From the NCBI GenBank assembly GCA_963677595.1, contig OY782041.1, positions 3,712,001 through 3,776,000 of the forward strand: 64,000 nucleotides of DNA, in the 5' to 3' direction. Shown piece by piece: positions 38,163 to 48,579 of this stretch. This DNA is from Spirochaetia bacterium. Its GTDB lineage: Bacteria > Spirochaetota > Spirochaetia > CAKZLE01. The notes beneath the pieces are model-generated. The model was given only the letters and a program-made list of their open reading frames with translations. It was not told the origin of the DNA and ran no database searches. Positions within the stretch are counted from its first letter, which is position 1. Each line of letters starts with the position of its first letter. The position numbers and the translations under genes were made by a program.

Positions 38163-38630
38163 GTGAGTATGGGACAGGACATGGAAGAGAGACAGAACAA
38201 CAGCCAGAACCGTGAACGGAAGAACGGCAGGAACCGGGGCCGCAGGAACAACAGGAAATCACGCGGGCGCAGGGCTCCTGCCCCGGCACCAGTTCCAGAG
38301 CAGGAGTATGAACCGGTGATGTGCTCGATCTGCGAGAAGGCGATCGACAGCATCACGCAGGCGATCGGCGGGAGCAAGCCCGGCGATATCGCACACTTCG
38401 ACTGCGTGCTGAGGCGTCTCCAGGATGAGGAGAAGCTCACCGAGCGGCAGCGCATCAGCTATATCGGGAACGGTACCTTCGCCGTGGTCGAGTATCGGAA
38501 CAAGAACACGACAGGTCCCTTCACCATCGTGAAGCGGATACAGATAGAGTCGAAGGAATCCACCGATGCGATCAAGAAGTTCGTCAATGAGCGGAAGCAT
38601 GCGGTAGACCTTCACAGGAAGAGACGCTGA
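38163..38630 (+). CDS. Hypothetical protein with Arg-rich N-terminus and CxxC..HxxC motif
   Basis: CSIC..AHFDC; stop overlaps the coaD start (TGATG). Confidence 0.75.
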   Translation: MSMGQDMEERQNNSQNRERKNGRNRGRRNNRKSRGRRAPAPAPVPEQEYEPVMCSICEKAIDSITQAIGGSKPGDIAHFDCVLRRLQDEEKLTERQRISYIGNGTFAVVEYRNKNTTGPFTIVKRIQIESKESTDAIKKFVNERKHAVDLHRKRR

Positions 38631-39127
38631 TGTTCGATGCGATGCTTCCCGGGAGTTTCGATCCCCCCACCAACGGCCATATGAACCTCATCCGCAGGGC
38701 TGCGGGTATCGCTGACCACCTCTATGTGATCATAGCGGTGAACCAGGCGAAGAACTACCTGTTATCTGGGGAGGAACGGCTCGAGCTGATGAGGGAACTG
38801 CTTTCGGACCAGGAGAACATCACGGTACTCCTCTGGGACCGGCTCATCGTCGATTTCGCCCGTGAGCATGATGTGAAGGTGATGATCCGCGGAGTCCGGG
38901 CCCTGGCCGATTTCGAGTATGAGTTCGAGCTGGCCATGACGAACAAACAGCTCTACAGCGACCTGGAGATCGTGTTCCTGCCCACTGACCACAAGTATTT
39001 CGTCCTTCGTGCATCGGCTATAAAGGAGCTTGCCTCCTACGGGGCGGACATCAGTTCGATGGTGCCGAATATTGTCGCAGAAACTCTGCGAACTAAACTG
39101 AATCTGTTGACATTAGATAATAATTAA
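38630..39127 (+). CDS. coaD: Pantetheine-phosphate adenylyltransferase
   Basis: PGSFDPPTNGH, IRGVR..DFEYE. Confidence 0.96.
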   Translation: MFDAMLPGSFDPPTNGHMNLIRRAAGIADHLYVIIAVNQAKNYLLSGEERLELMRELLSDQENITVLLWDRLIVDFAREHDVKVMIRGVRALADFEYEFELAMTNKQLYSDLEIVFLPTDHKYFVLRASAIKELASYGADISSMVPNIVAETLRTKLNLLTLDNN

Positions 39128-39169
39128 GGTATGGTCTTTTGACTGAGAACGTTAAAGAGGTAAATAGAG

Positions 39170-39358
39170 ATGGCAGTACCTAAATATAAGACTTCCAAAG
39201 CGAGAACGAGAACAAGAAAATCCATAAACATGAAGCTGAGTGCCCCTAAGTTGGTTGAGTGCACCACTTGCGGCAATAAGGTTCTTCCTCATCGTGTATG
39301 CCCCAAATGCGGGTTCTACCGAGGTAAGCAGGTTCTGAACCTTGAAGATATTGGTTAA
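39170..39358 (+). CDS. rpmF: 50S ribosomal protein L32 (Zn-binding form)
   Basis: MAVPK.KTSK, CTTC..HRVCPKCG. Confidence 0.97.
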   Translation: MAVPKYKTSKARTRTRKSINMKLSAPKLVECTTCGNKVLPHRVCPKCGFYRGKQVLNLEDIG

Positions 39359-39382
39359 TCAACAACCGAAAGGAGTTTAACG

Positions 39383-39616
39383 ATGGATGACCTGTTTGAG
39401 AAAATGAAATCACTGATTGCTGATAAGCTCGAGATCGAAGAAGACAAGATCACGCTCGAATCATCTTTCCGAAAGGACCTTGGTGCCGACAGCCTTGACA
39501 CATACGAGCTTGTATACGCTATCGAAGAGGAACTTGGTGTTACCATTCCTGATGAGAAGGCTAACGAGTTTGAAACGGTAAAGGATGCAGTGGACTTCCT
39601 GCAGACACAGCTCTAA
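39383..39616 (+). CDS. acpP: Acyl carrier protein
   Basis: DLGADSLD. Confidence 0.97.
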   Translation: MDDLFEKMKSLIADKLEIEEDKITLESSFRKDLGADSLDTYELVYAIEEELGVTIPDEKANEFETVKDAVDFLQTQL

Positions 39617-39634
39617 GACCTTCCCGATCAGCGT

Positions 39635-40387
39635 ATGGCTTTTCTTCAAGACCTACAGCAGTATAATACACCGAAAGTTTCAAGCGAACGAAAACGTGAA
39701 TTACAGCTCTTTGAAAAGCATGCAGCAATAAGGTTCAGGAGACTCGATCTCCTGAACCTGGCTTTTTGCCACCGTTCCTACGCGAACGAACAACCAAAAG
39801 ACATCGATAACAATGAACGACTCGAATTCCTCGGGGACAGTGTCCTCGGCCTTGTCGTGAGTGAGTACCTCTACCGGAACTTCTACGAGACGATGGTCGA
39901 AGGTGACTTCGCCAGGATCAAGTCCTTTGTTGTCAGTGAGGACAGCCTGGCCGAGATCGCCAAGCGTATCAAGGTCGATAACTACATCCTTATCGGGAAA
40001 GGCGAGGAGTATTCGGGCGGACGCGGAAAGAAGGCGATCCTCGCGGACTGCATGGAGGCGATCATCGGCTCCTACTACCTTGACTCAGGGTTCAAGAGCG
40101 CGCAGGAGTTCGTGCTCTCCATCATGATCCCCGAGATCTCCAAGGTGCTGCAGAACAAGCACAAGAAAGATTATAAGACCCTCCTGCAGGAACTGGTGCA
40201 GAAGCGGTACAAGACCTACCCTCGATACTCGGTGGTCAAGCGGTCGGGACCCGACCATGACCGGGTCTTCTGGGTGAGCGTGTCAGTGAACGACGAACCC
40301 TACGGCCCGGGCAAGGGCAAGAACAAGAAAGAGGCTGAGCAGCATGCTGCCGGCATCGCATACCAGGAAATCACTCAGACAAAGTAA
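39635..40387 (+). CDS. rnc: Ribonuclease III
   Basis: NERLEFLGDSVL; dsRBD DYKTLLQE..GKNKKEAEQ. Confidence 0.98.
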   Translation: MAFLQDLQQYNTPKVSSERKRELQLFEKHAAIRFRRLDLLNLAFCHRSYANEQPKDIDNNERLEFLGDSVLGLVVSEYLYRNFYETMVEGDFARIKSFVVSEDSLAEIAKRIKVDNYILIGKGEEYSGGRGKKAILADCMEAIIGSYYLDSGFKSAQEFVLSIMIPEISKVLQNKHKKDYKTLLQELVQKRYKTYPRYSVVKRSGPDHDRVFWVSVSVNDEPYGPGKGKNKKEAEQHAAGIAYQEITQTK

Positions 40388-41729
40388 GCTTCTCATACAA
40401 TCTCACTGCGATTACCAGCAGCCGCTCCTTCGTGTTGTTCGACGGGTCATCAAGCACCGTGTCGAGCAGTTCCTCGAGGATGTAGCCCAACTGCGGCCCC
40501 GGCTTGATGCCTGCACTGATGAGGTCCCTGCCGGAGACGGCCAGGTCCTTCACGGTGAAGGCGGCATCAGCCTCCAGGACTGATTCGATCCGATCCCTGA
40601 ACTCGAGCAGCAGGGGGTCGTTCGTGCGTAGGCCTGCAGTCCCGTAGGAATCAGCCGCACGCAGGAGAAAGAGCTCCTCGAGGTACTCGACCCCGGTCTT
40701 CGCGACGAACCGCCTCACGGCTGCATCGCCCCATTCAGGGGTGTAACCGAACATGTGGGCACCGATGAGGTGCACGATCCGCTCCCGTTCGGAGTTCGAG
40801 AACTTCAGCCGCCTGAGCAACGTGTCTGCAAGCTCTGCCGAATACCGTTCATGGAGGTAGAAGGTGGGTACCCCGTCATCCCCGATCTCGCGGGCTTGCA
40901 CCTTCCCGATGTCGTGGAGGAGGGCAGCCCACCGTACGGTGAGGTTATCAGCAGGGGCCCCGTCGCAGGAGAGGATGCCGTGGCGGCATATATCGAGCCG
41001 GTGGGCCCCTTTCTGCTCGATACCATCCCCGTCAGCAAGTTCTGGGAGGATGACTTTGAGCAGCCCGTCGGAGAGCATGGCCAGCAGGCCGATCGAGGGA
41101 CGTGCCGAGCTGAGCATCTTGTTGAGTTCCTCGCGTATCCGCTCTGCCGAGACTCCGGCGACCTGATCTGACAGTGCTGATGCGGCCGCCCTGGTCGACT
41201 CCTCGAAGTGGAATCCCAGGACTGCCGTGAACCGGTAGCCGCGCAGGATCCGCAGGCTGTCCTCGCCAAACCGCTCATAGGGATCCCCGATCGCCCGGAT
41301 GATCCCGGCTGACAGGTCCTCTATCCCATGGTGTTCATCGATGACCGTGCCGTCAGCCGTATCCACAGCTAAGGCGTTGATCGTGAAATCCCTCCGGGAG
41401 AGGTCCTCAGAGAGGTTAGTGACGAAGGTGACCGCATCCGGGTGACGATGGTCCTGGTAGCCTTCCTCGGTCCGGAAGGTGGTGACCTCGAAATGGTTCC
41501 CCTTATAGATGACCGTCACCGTGCCGTGGCCGATCCCGGTCGGGATGACGTGGCGGAATATCCTGCACATCTCATCCGGCGTGGCATCGGTGGTGAAGTC
41601 GTAATCCGAGTTCGGGCAGCCTCGCAGGTGGTCGCGTACGGCACCCCCCACGATATAGAGGCTGAAGCCGTTTCTATGGAACAGGGAGGCGAATTCTGAA
41701 ATGATCGGTTGTATCCTGATTCTTCTCAC
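40371..41729 (-). CDS. cca: CCA tRNA nucleotidyltransferase with HD domain
   Basis: VGGAVRD, DYD, intact flexible loop, RRDFTINA, EDSLR, ERIREE, LLHDIGK. Confidence 0.88.
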   Translation of the reverse strand: MRRIRIQPIISEFASLFHRNGFSLYIVGGAVRDHLRGCPNSDYDFTTDATPDEMCRIFRHVIPTGIGHGTVTVIYKGNHFEVTTFRTEEGYQDHRHPDAVTFVTNLSEDLSRRDFTINALAVDTADGTVIDEHHGIEDLSAGIIRAIGDPYERFGEDSLRILRGYRFTAVLGFHFEESTRAAASALSDQVAGVSAERIREELNKMLSSARPSIGLLAMLSDGLLKVILPELADGDGIEQKGAHRLDICRHGILSCDGAPADNLTVRWAALLHDIGKVQAREIGDDGVPTFYLHERYSAELADTLLRRLKFSNSERERIVHLIGAHMFGYTPEWGDAAVRRFVAKTGVEYLEELFLLRAADSYGTAGLRTNDPLLLEFRDRIESVLEADAAFTVKDLAVSGRDLISAGIKPGPQLGYILEELLDTVLDDPSNNTKERLLVIAVRLYEKLTLSE

Positions 41730-41901
41730 TCTTGAAACCTATACATTGTCTAGGATTATTGTCAATACTCATTGAAAATTAATTGCTAAATAGCTATATT
41801 TAGTCATACCTGCATGATCCGTCGGCATCGTATCCCAAAACAGTCCGGTCTCGATCATTGAAGAAGTATATACTGCATGTGCATAACGTTAGGAGGGTAT
41901 T

Positions 41902-44900
41902 GTGTATAGACCTGTAGACAGCAAAGTGAACTTCCCCAAGATGGAAGAAGCGATAATCGATTTCTGGAAGGAGCATGACATCTTCCAGAAGTCCATAGAT
42001 ACCCGTGATGAGGAGGGCGAGTTCGTGTTCTATGACGGCCCCCCCTTCGCCACCGGGCTGCCCCATTTCGGCCATTTCGTCCCGGGGACCATCAAGGATG
42101 TGATCCCCCGCTACCAGACGATGAAGGGCAGGCGCGTCAGGCGCCGGTTCGGCTGGGACTGCCACGGGCTGCCGGTCGAATACGAGATGGAGAAGACCCT
42201 CGGGATCTCAGGCAAGAGCCAGATCGAGGAGTACGGGATCGCGGAGTTCAATGAGAAGTGCCGGTCCATCGTGCTCCGCTATACCCAGGAATGGGAGCAG
42301 ATCGTCACCAGGATGGGACGATGGGTCGACTTCGAGCATGACTACAAGACCATGGACCCCGACTTCATGGAGTCGATCTGGTGGGTGTTCAAGACGCTCT
42401 TCGAGAAAGGGCTCGTCTATGAGGGGTACAACATCATGCCCTTCAGCCCCGCGCTCGCGACCCCGCTATCGAACTTTGAGGTGAACCTCGGGGGCTACAA
42501 GGATGTCGTGGATCCCGCGATCACGGTACGCTTCGCCGTCAAGGACCAGCCTGACACCTACCTCCTGGCGTGGACGACCACACCCTGGACCCTGCCGTCT
42601 AACCTCGCGCTCGTCCTCGGTCCGGACCTTGAGTACGTGAAGCTCAAGGATGGTGATGAGTACTACATCATGGGTAAGAAGGCCGTTCCCTCCTACTTCA
42701 AGAACGAGGAGGAGTATGAGATCGTCGAGACCTACCTCGGCCATGAACTGGTCGGTATACAGTACGAGCCGCTCTTCCCCTATTTCGCCGACATGGCAGC
42801 CCAGGGTGCCTTCAGGACCTTCAACGGTGACTACGTCACCGACGATGACGGCTGCGGCATCGTGCATACCGCTCCCGGCTTCGGTGAGGATGACTACAAT
42901 GTGCTCAAGGGCACCGGCATTCCGGTCGTCTGCCCGGTCGACCTCGAGTGCAAGTTCACCTATGAGGTGCCTGACTACGAGGGTACCTTCGTCAAGGATG
43001 CCGATAAGGCGATCATCGCGCGGCTGAAGGAAGAGGGCAAGCTCGTAAAACGTGAGAACTACAACCACAGCTACCCCTTCTGCTACCGGACGAAGAAACC
43101 TCTTATCTACCGGGCGATCTCCTGCTGGTTCGTCGATGTCCAGAAGATCAAGGACAAGATGCTCAACGCGAACGACCAGATCAAGTGGGTGCCCTCGCAC
43201 CTGCAGAAGGGACGGTTCGGCAAGTGGCTCGAAGGGGCCCGTGACTGGGCGATCAGCCGGAACCGGTACTGGGGCAACCCCATCCCGATCTGGAAGTCCG
43301 ACAGCTCGGATTATATCGAGGTGATCGGCTCGAGGGAGGAACTCGAGCAGAAGTGCGGTAAGAAGATTGACGACCTGCACAAGCATTTCGTCGATGACCT
43401 GACCTGGCCGAGCCCGGACGGGAAGGGGACGATGCGAAGGATCCCCGATGTGCTCGACTGCTGGTTCGAGTCAGGGTCCATGCCCTATGCACAGAGCCAT
43501 TACCCCTTCGAGAACAAGGGACTCATCGAGAACCACTTCCCCGCAGACTTCATCTGCGAGGGACTCGACCAGACACGAGGCTGGTTCTACACCCTCACGA
43601 TCCTCGCTGCCGCGCTCTTCGATTCGCCGGTGTCGATGAACATCGTCACCAACGGCCTCGTCCTGGCCGAGGACGGGAAGAAGATGTCGAAGTCCGAGCG
43701 GAACTACTCGGACCCGATGGAAGTCATCAACAACTTCGGTGCTGATGCACTCAGGTTCTTCCTCATGGATTCAGCCGTCGTGCGTGCGGAGGACCTCAAG
43801 TTCTCCGATGACGGGGTCAAGGAGGTGCTCAAGAACCTCATCATCCCGATGTGGAACGCCTACAGCTTCTTCATCACCTATGCCAACATCGACGGCTATG
43901 AGTCCCCTGAGAAGAAGGTCGACTATACCCCTGACAACCCCTTGGACCAGTGGATCCTCTCCGAGTCAGAGGCGTTAATCCATGACATCACGGAATACCT
44001 CGATGATTACGACATCCAGAAGGCCTGCTCGCCGATCATGAAGTTCATCGACCTGCTCAATAACTGGTACATCAGGCGGTCGAGACGGAGGTTCTGGAGA
44101 TCAGAGAACGACAATGACAAGACACAGGCCTATGATACGCTCTATACGGTGCTCATGAAGTTGATCGAGGTAGCTGCCCCGATCATCCCCTTCATCACCG
44201 AGGAGATGTACCAGAACCTCAAGACTGACTCCATGGCTGAGTCGGTCCACCTGCAGGATTACCCCATCTATAATGAGGCGCTCCGTGATTTCGCCCTCGA
44301 GAAGAAGATGGCCGTGACGCGACAGGCAGTCACCATGGGACGTGCCCTGCGGGCAACCCACTCACTGAAGACACGGCAGCCGCTCAAGGCGATCTACCTC
44401 GTGACGCGGGATGAGGAGGAACTGCAGATCCTAAAAGATATGGAAGGCATCATCGCCGAGGAGCTGAACGTCAAGAACGTCGTCTACCGGGAGAACGAGG
44501 AAGACCTCGTGACCTATACCGCGAAGGCGAACTTCAAGGTCCTGGGCAGGCAGCTCGGGAAGCATATGAAGGAGGTCGCAGGCCTCATCGAGGGATTCGA
44601 CGGGGATACGATCTCCGCGATCCTCAGCGGCGGGGTGGAGACGGTCCACTACAAGGAAGGGAACATCAACATCAGCGAGGAGGCCATCGTCGTCCAGCGT
44701 TCCGAGAAGGCCAATATGAAGGTCTTCAACGAGGGGAACCTGACCGTAGGCCTTGACAGCGAGATGACCGAGGAGCTGCTGCTCGAGGGTATCGCCCGCG
44801 ATATCATCCGGTCGATCCAGAACCAGAGGAAGGAGTCGGGCCTCGAGGTCACCGACCGGATCACGCTGAAGCTCAGCGGTGACGAGATGGTCACCAGGGC

Positions 44901-45024
44901 TGCGGCTGATTTCGCCGAATATATCTGCAGCGAGACGCTTGCCCAATACGGCGAGCTTGCTGAAGAGGGGGTCTCCGTGGATCTCGGAGACCGACTCGTA
45001 CAGATCGCTCTCAGGAAGGCCTAG
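41902..45024 (+). CDS. ileS: Isoleucine--tRNA ligase, type 2 (IleRS2)
   Basis: DGPPFATGLPHFGH, WTTTPWTLPSN, EGLDQTRGWFY, KMSKS; no C-terminal Zn motif. Confidence 0.97.
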   Translation: MYRPVDSKVNFPKMEEAIIDFWKEHDIFQKSIDTRDEEGEFVFYDGPPFATGLPHFGHFVPGTIKDVIPRYQTMKGRRVRRRFGWDCHGLPVEYEMEKTLGISGKSQIEEYGIAEFNEKCRSIVLRYTQEWEQIVTRMGRWVDFEHDYKTMDPDFMESIWWVFKTLFEKGLVYEGYNIMPFSPALATPLSNFEVNLGGYKDVVDPAITVRFAVKDQPDTYLLAWTTTPWTLPSNLALVLGPDLEYVKLKDGDEYYIMGKKAVPSYFKNEEEYEIVETYLGHELVGIQYEPLFPYFADMAAQGAFRTFNGDYVTDDDGCGIVHTAPGFGEDDYNVLKGTGIPVVCPVDLECKFTYEVPDYEGTFVKDADKAIIARLKEEGKLVKRENYNHSYPFCYRTKKPLIYRAISCWFVDVQKIKDKMLNANDQIKWVPSHLQKGRFGKWLEGARDWAISRNRYWGNPIPIWKSDSSDYIEVIGSREELEQKCGKKIDDLHKHFVDDLTWPSPDGKGTMRRIPDVLDCWFESGSMPYAQSHYPFENKGLIENHFPADFICEGLDQTRGWFYTLTILAAALFDSPVSMNIVTNGLVLAEDGKKMSKSERNYSDPMEVINNFGADALRFFLMDSAVVRAEDLKFSDDGVKEVLKNLIIPMWNAYSFFITYANIDGYESPEKKVDYTPDNPLDQWILSESEALIHDITEYLDDYDIQKACSPIMKFIDLLNNWYIRRSRRRFWRSENDNDKTQAYDTLYTVLMKLIEVAAPIIPFITEEMYQNLKTDSMAESVHLQDYPIYNEALRDFALEKKMAVTRQAVTMGRALRATHSLKTRQPLKAIYLVTRDEEELQILKDMEGIIAEELNVKNVVYRENEEDLVTYTAKANFKVLGRQLGKHMKEVAGLIEGFDGDTISAILSGGVETVHYKEGNINISEEAIVVQRSEKANMKVFNEGNLTVGLDSEMTEELLLEGIARDIIRSIQNQRKESGLEVTDRITLKLSGDEMVTRAAADFAEYICSETLAQYGELAEEGVSVDLGDRLVQIALRKA

Positions 45025-45040
45025 AGAGCAGGGAGCAGCT

Positions 45041-45904
45041 ATGAAGAGGTTTCTCGCAGCCTGCGGTGCTGCGGTCCTGCTGCTGGCAGGTTGTACCCAT
45101 ACCACCCCGTTCACCGACGATCACTACTTCAGGGCGCTCGGGGAGAAGAACGAGGTCGTCTTCACCGTCGATGTGGAGGGGGCCCGTGAGATCCTCGATG
45201 CAGCGGACGGTGAGGGGACGCTTGGGGGGCTTGACCCCATCCTCGAACGTTCGGGGAGGATATCGTTGGCCATGGACCCCTCTGCTGCGGATGGGATTCC
45301 AGTCTTCTACGGCGGTATCGAGGGTAACTTCGGCAAGGTCGTGACCGATACAGCGCTCAGCTTCAGCGGGGACTTCGACAAAGACGAAAGCGGGGCGGTT
45401 CCGTTCTACCGGAGCAGCTCGGCTGGACTGGACGTGAAGGTGCCGCAGAGCGGGCTCGTCCTCTTCTCGAACGATGATATCGAGAAGGTCTACCGGAAGA
45501 CCTACCGTGAGCGGGAGCTCTTCATCCCCTATGACGTATCGCAGCGCATGGCGGAGAGCCTCTTCGGCATCTATATGGAGAAACCCCACGATATAGGGTT
45601 CCTGACCGACCAGATCCCGGAGGCCATGCTCCTGAGCATGAACTCCATCTGGCTGGTGTTAAACGGGGTAAAGGATGACTACCGGGTCTCCGGCGTGCTG
45701 CTGCTCAGCACGGAGCAGGCTTCGCGGGTGCTCGGCACGACGCTACGGCTCAACTACCTGAAGACGATCCGGAAACTGGAAGTCCCCATCGAGGGATGGA
45801 AGGAACATATTGACGAGGACGGGAAGACCATCACGCTTGCCGGGATGTACATCAGCAACGAGGAGGTCTATGACCTGCTCAGCACTGTCCTCGATTCTAT
45901 CTGA
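45041..45904 (+). CDS. Hypothetical lipoprotein
   Basis: MKRFLAACGAAVLLLAG-C lipobox; GGGAG SD. Confidence 0.75.
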   Translation: MKRFLAACGAAVLLLAGCTHTTPFTDDHYFRALGEKNEVVFTVDVEGAREILDAADGEGTLGGLDPILERSGRISLAMDPSAADGIPVFYGGIEGNFGKVVTDTALSFSGDFDKDESGAVPFYRSSSAGLDVKVPQSGLVLFSNDDIEKVYRKTYRERELFIPYDVSQRMAESLFGIYMEKPHDIGFLTDQIPEAMLLSMNSIWLVLNGVKDDYRVSGVLLLSTEQASRVLGTTLRLNYLKTIRKLEVPIEGWKEHIDEDGKTITLAGMYISNEEVYDLLSTVLDSI

Positions 45905-45922
45905 TTATACGAGGAGACGGGT

Positions 45923-46147
45923 ATGCCCACATATGATTATAGATGCAGCAGCTGCGCATATGAGTTCGAGGAATTCCAGATGATGCAGGATGACCCGCTC
46001 GAGGAGTGCCCCAAATGCGGCGGCCCGGTCAAGCGGTTGATCGGCGGCGGACTCGGGGTGATCTTCAAGGGGAGCGGGTTCTATGTCACTGACAACAAGG
46101 CCAGCAACAGCGCCGCTCCCTCTGAAGGGAAGCAGGACCCTGCCTGA
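45923..46147 (+). CDS. FmdB family zinc-ribbon protein
   Basis: MPTYDYRCSSC..CPKCG..FKGSGFYVTD. Confidence 0.9.
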   Translation: MPTYDYRCSSCAYEFEEFQMMQDDPLEECPKCGGPVKRLIGGGLGVIFKGSGFYVTDNKASNSAAPSEGKQDPA

Positions 46148-46153
46148 GAGGTA

Positions 46154-47335
46154 CTAATAGAGAAAGTCGAAGCGTTCGCAGTTCTTAGCAGCCTCTTCGA
46201 GCAGTTCCTCGATCCCGAGCTTATCGAACGAGGCTGTCAATGCGTCCTTGTCCGGCCTCACGAGCGGGTGTTTCGGAGAGAAGATCGTGCAGCAGTCCTC
46301 ATAGGGGAGGATCGAGGTCTGGAAAGTCCCGATATCCCTCGCAGTCTGGATGATCTCCTCCTTGTCGAGGCCGATCAGGGGCCTGAAGACCGGTATCTTC
46401 GAGGCGCTGTCGGTGAAGGTGATACTCTCGAGTGTCTGGGAGGCTACCTGGCTGAGTGATTCTCCGGTCACCAGGGCGGAAGCCCTCACAACTTCCGCGA
46501 CCATGTTCGCGATCCTGACCATGCAGTAGCGCATCAGCAGCGTCGTCTCCTCGGCATTCGAGTGGGAGTTTATATGGAGCTGGGCCTTCGTGAACGGCAC
46601 GACGAACAACCGTGTACCGTTGAGGTAGGGTGAGATGAGCTTCGCGAGGTCCTTTACCTTCTGCAGCGCCTCATCGGATGTGTAGGGATAGGTATGGAAA
46701 TAGATCGCGTCCTGGCGAAGTCCCCGCTTTGCCATCCGGTACCCGGCGATCGGGGAGTCGATCCCGCCTGAGAGCAGCAGGAGACCCTTCCCGGCAACAC
46801 CGACGGGCAGGCCGCTTGGTCCCTTGTGCGAACCGGCAGAACAGTAGATATAGGCTTTGTCTCGGATCTCCACGCTGACGGTGACCTCCGGAGCCTTCAC
46901 GTCCACGCGGCTGTTGGGGTAGGCGTCGAGGATATCGCCGCCTAACTCGCAGGCGATCCCGTAGGAATCGAGGGGGAAGGACTTGTCTGCACGGCGGGCA
47001 AGCACTTTGAAGCTCTTCGGGGTATCGAAGACGCCTTCGGTCAATGCTACTGCAGCTTCCCGTATCAGGTCGAACTCCTTGGGCAGCTGGAGCGCCTTCG
47101 AGAAGCCGACGATCCCGGGAGTGGTCTCGAGGGCCCGGAAGACGTTCTCTTCGGCTGATTCGCCTGTATTCACCTCAAGGAAGAACCGGCCCTTCTGGAT
47201 CCTGAAGGAGGGCTTCAGGCCTTTCAGCTTCCGTTTGATGTTGTTCTTCAGTCGCTTCTCGAAGAAGGCCCGGTTTTCGCCCTTCAGGCATATCTCTCCG
47301 AGCTTTATCAGGTACAGTTGTCGTTCTTGCTTCAT
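46154..47335 (-). CDS. thiI: tRNA 4-thiouridine synthase ThiI (no rhodanese domain)
   Basis: THUMP domain, LLSGGIDSP, GESLSQVASQT, PYEDCC. Confidence 0.96.
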   Translation of the reverse strand: MKQERQLYLIKLGEICLKGENRAFFEKRLKNNIKRKLKGLKPSFRIQKGRFFLEVNTGESAEENVFRALETTPGIVGFSKALQLPKEFDLIREAAVALTEGVFDTPKSFKVLARRADKSFPLDSYGIACELGGDILDAYPNSRVDVKAPEVTVSVEIRDKAYIYCSAGSHKGPSGLPVGVAGKGLLLLSGGIDSPIAGYRMAKRGLRQDAIYFHTYPYTSDEALQKVKDLAKLISPYLNGTRLFVVPFTKAQLHINSHSNAEETTLLMRYCMVRIANMVAEVVRASALVTGESLSQVASQTLESITFTDSASKIPVFRPLIGLDKEEIIQTARDIGTFQTSILPYEDCCTIFSPKHPLVRPDKDALTASFDKLGIEELLEEAAKNCERFDFLY

Positions 47336-47338
47336 TTC

Positions 47339-48499
47339 TTACCTCAGCTTGCCCATCTGTCTGAGCACATTGCCAATAACTTCTATCATACCTCGCGAGG
47401 CAGTTTCAATATCCTTTTGGGAAAGTTCCGGCCCGAAGGAGATGCGGATCAGTGAGTCTGCCGTCTTCTGCTCGATACCGCTCTGTAAGAGTACCCGCTG
47501 GAGTTTCTTCCTGTTCTTCGATGAACAGGCTGATCCCGTGGAGATGCAGATGCCGTGATCGTTGAGTATCCGGGCTGTGACCTCGGCAGGGAGATCCCGT
47601 ACAGCGACGCAGAGAATGTATGGAGAGCGTTCGGCAGCTAACTCAGGAAAGGAGAAGAGCGGGGATTCCCGCAGGATGCCAGCCATGCGCGCGTTGAGTC
47701 CCTGTACATGGCTAAGGTTGCCCTGAAGGCTCACATGGTAGGTTTGCGCAGCTGCGAGGAAGGCTGCCAGGGAGGGGAGGTCCTCCGTCCCGGGGCGGAT
47801 CCCGTTCTCCTGCCCCCCGCCGGGGGAGAGGACAGTGATCGCCTTCCTGCAGTAGAGCAGTCCTGTACCCTTCGGTCCCTGGAGCTTGTGCGCGCTGAAC
47901 GAGGCGGAATCGACATAGGGTATATAGGTGCCAGGCGGGATCTTCCCGAAGGACTGGACACTATCGGCGTGCAGGTGGATCGTCGCATGGTTTCGATAGG
48001 CGTAGTCATCGATCACCGCCCGGATGCCCGCTAACGGCTCGATGGTGCCGAGTACGTTGTTGACCGTCATGACCAGCACGAGGGCGGTCTCCCTGCGCAG
48101 GTGGGCCTTGAGTGCTTCCGGTGTGATCACTCCCCCTGGAGCGGGGAGGATGGTCACGTCGTGGCCTGCCTGCACGAAAGCCTGCTGGTACTCGAAGATG
48201 GCCGGGTGCTCGATCCCGGACATGATGACATGGATCTTTCTCCGTTTCCGAAGGAAGAACTCACAGACCAGGGCATTGGATTCCGTGCCGCCGGAGGTGA
48301 AGTAGAGTTGGGCCTCCCTGACTGAGAGCAGCCTGGCGAACTCCTTCCTGATCGAAGCGAGCAGGGAGTGGGCCACCTTACCCGGTGTATGGAGGGAGGA
48401 GGGGTTGCCGTAGCACTCGTGTGCAGTGATGGTATAGGCTTCCAGGGCCGTCTCCGACATAGGTGTCGTGGCAGCCCAGTCAAGGTAGATCTGGTTCAT
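47339..48499 (-). CDS. Cysteine desulfurase (IscS/NifZ-like)
   Basis: YLDWAATTP, TSGGTESN, SAHK, STGSACSS. Confidence 0.92.
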   Translation of the reverse strand: MNQIYLDWAATTPMSETALEAYTITAHECYGNPSSLHTPGKVAHSLLASIRKEFARLLSVREAQLYFTSGGTESNALVCEFFLRKRRKIHVIMSGIEHPAIFEYQQAFVQAGHDVTILPAPGGVITPEALKAHLRRETALVLVMTVNNVLGTIEPLAGIRAVIDDYAYRNHATIHLHADSVQSFGKIPPGTYIPYVDSASFSAHKLQGPKGTGLLYCRKAITVLSPGGGQENGIRPGTEDLPSLAAFLAAAQTYHVSLQGNLSHVQGLNARMAGILRESPLFSFPELAAERSPYILCVAVRDLPAEVTARILNDHGICISTGSACSSKNRKKLQRVLLQSGIEQKTADSLIRISFGPELSQKDIETASRGMIEVIGNVLRQMGKLR

Positions 48500-48579
48500 A
48501 TCATCCTATCATGCCCTGATTGGTGCAAATATGCAACTACCTGGTTGAACAATACGGCCCTATGCCGTATAACCACAGT

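Noticed and set aside
41902-45024. Eukaryote/archaea-like IleRS2 and MetRS as recent transfer or resistance genes
   Set aside because: Normal for spirochaetes; codon usage matches the host and there is no mobile context
46154-48499. Rhodanese-less thiI paired with a cysteine desulfurase
   Set aside because: Established nifZ-thiI arrangement as in Bacillus; not novel
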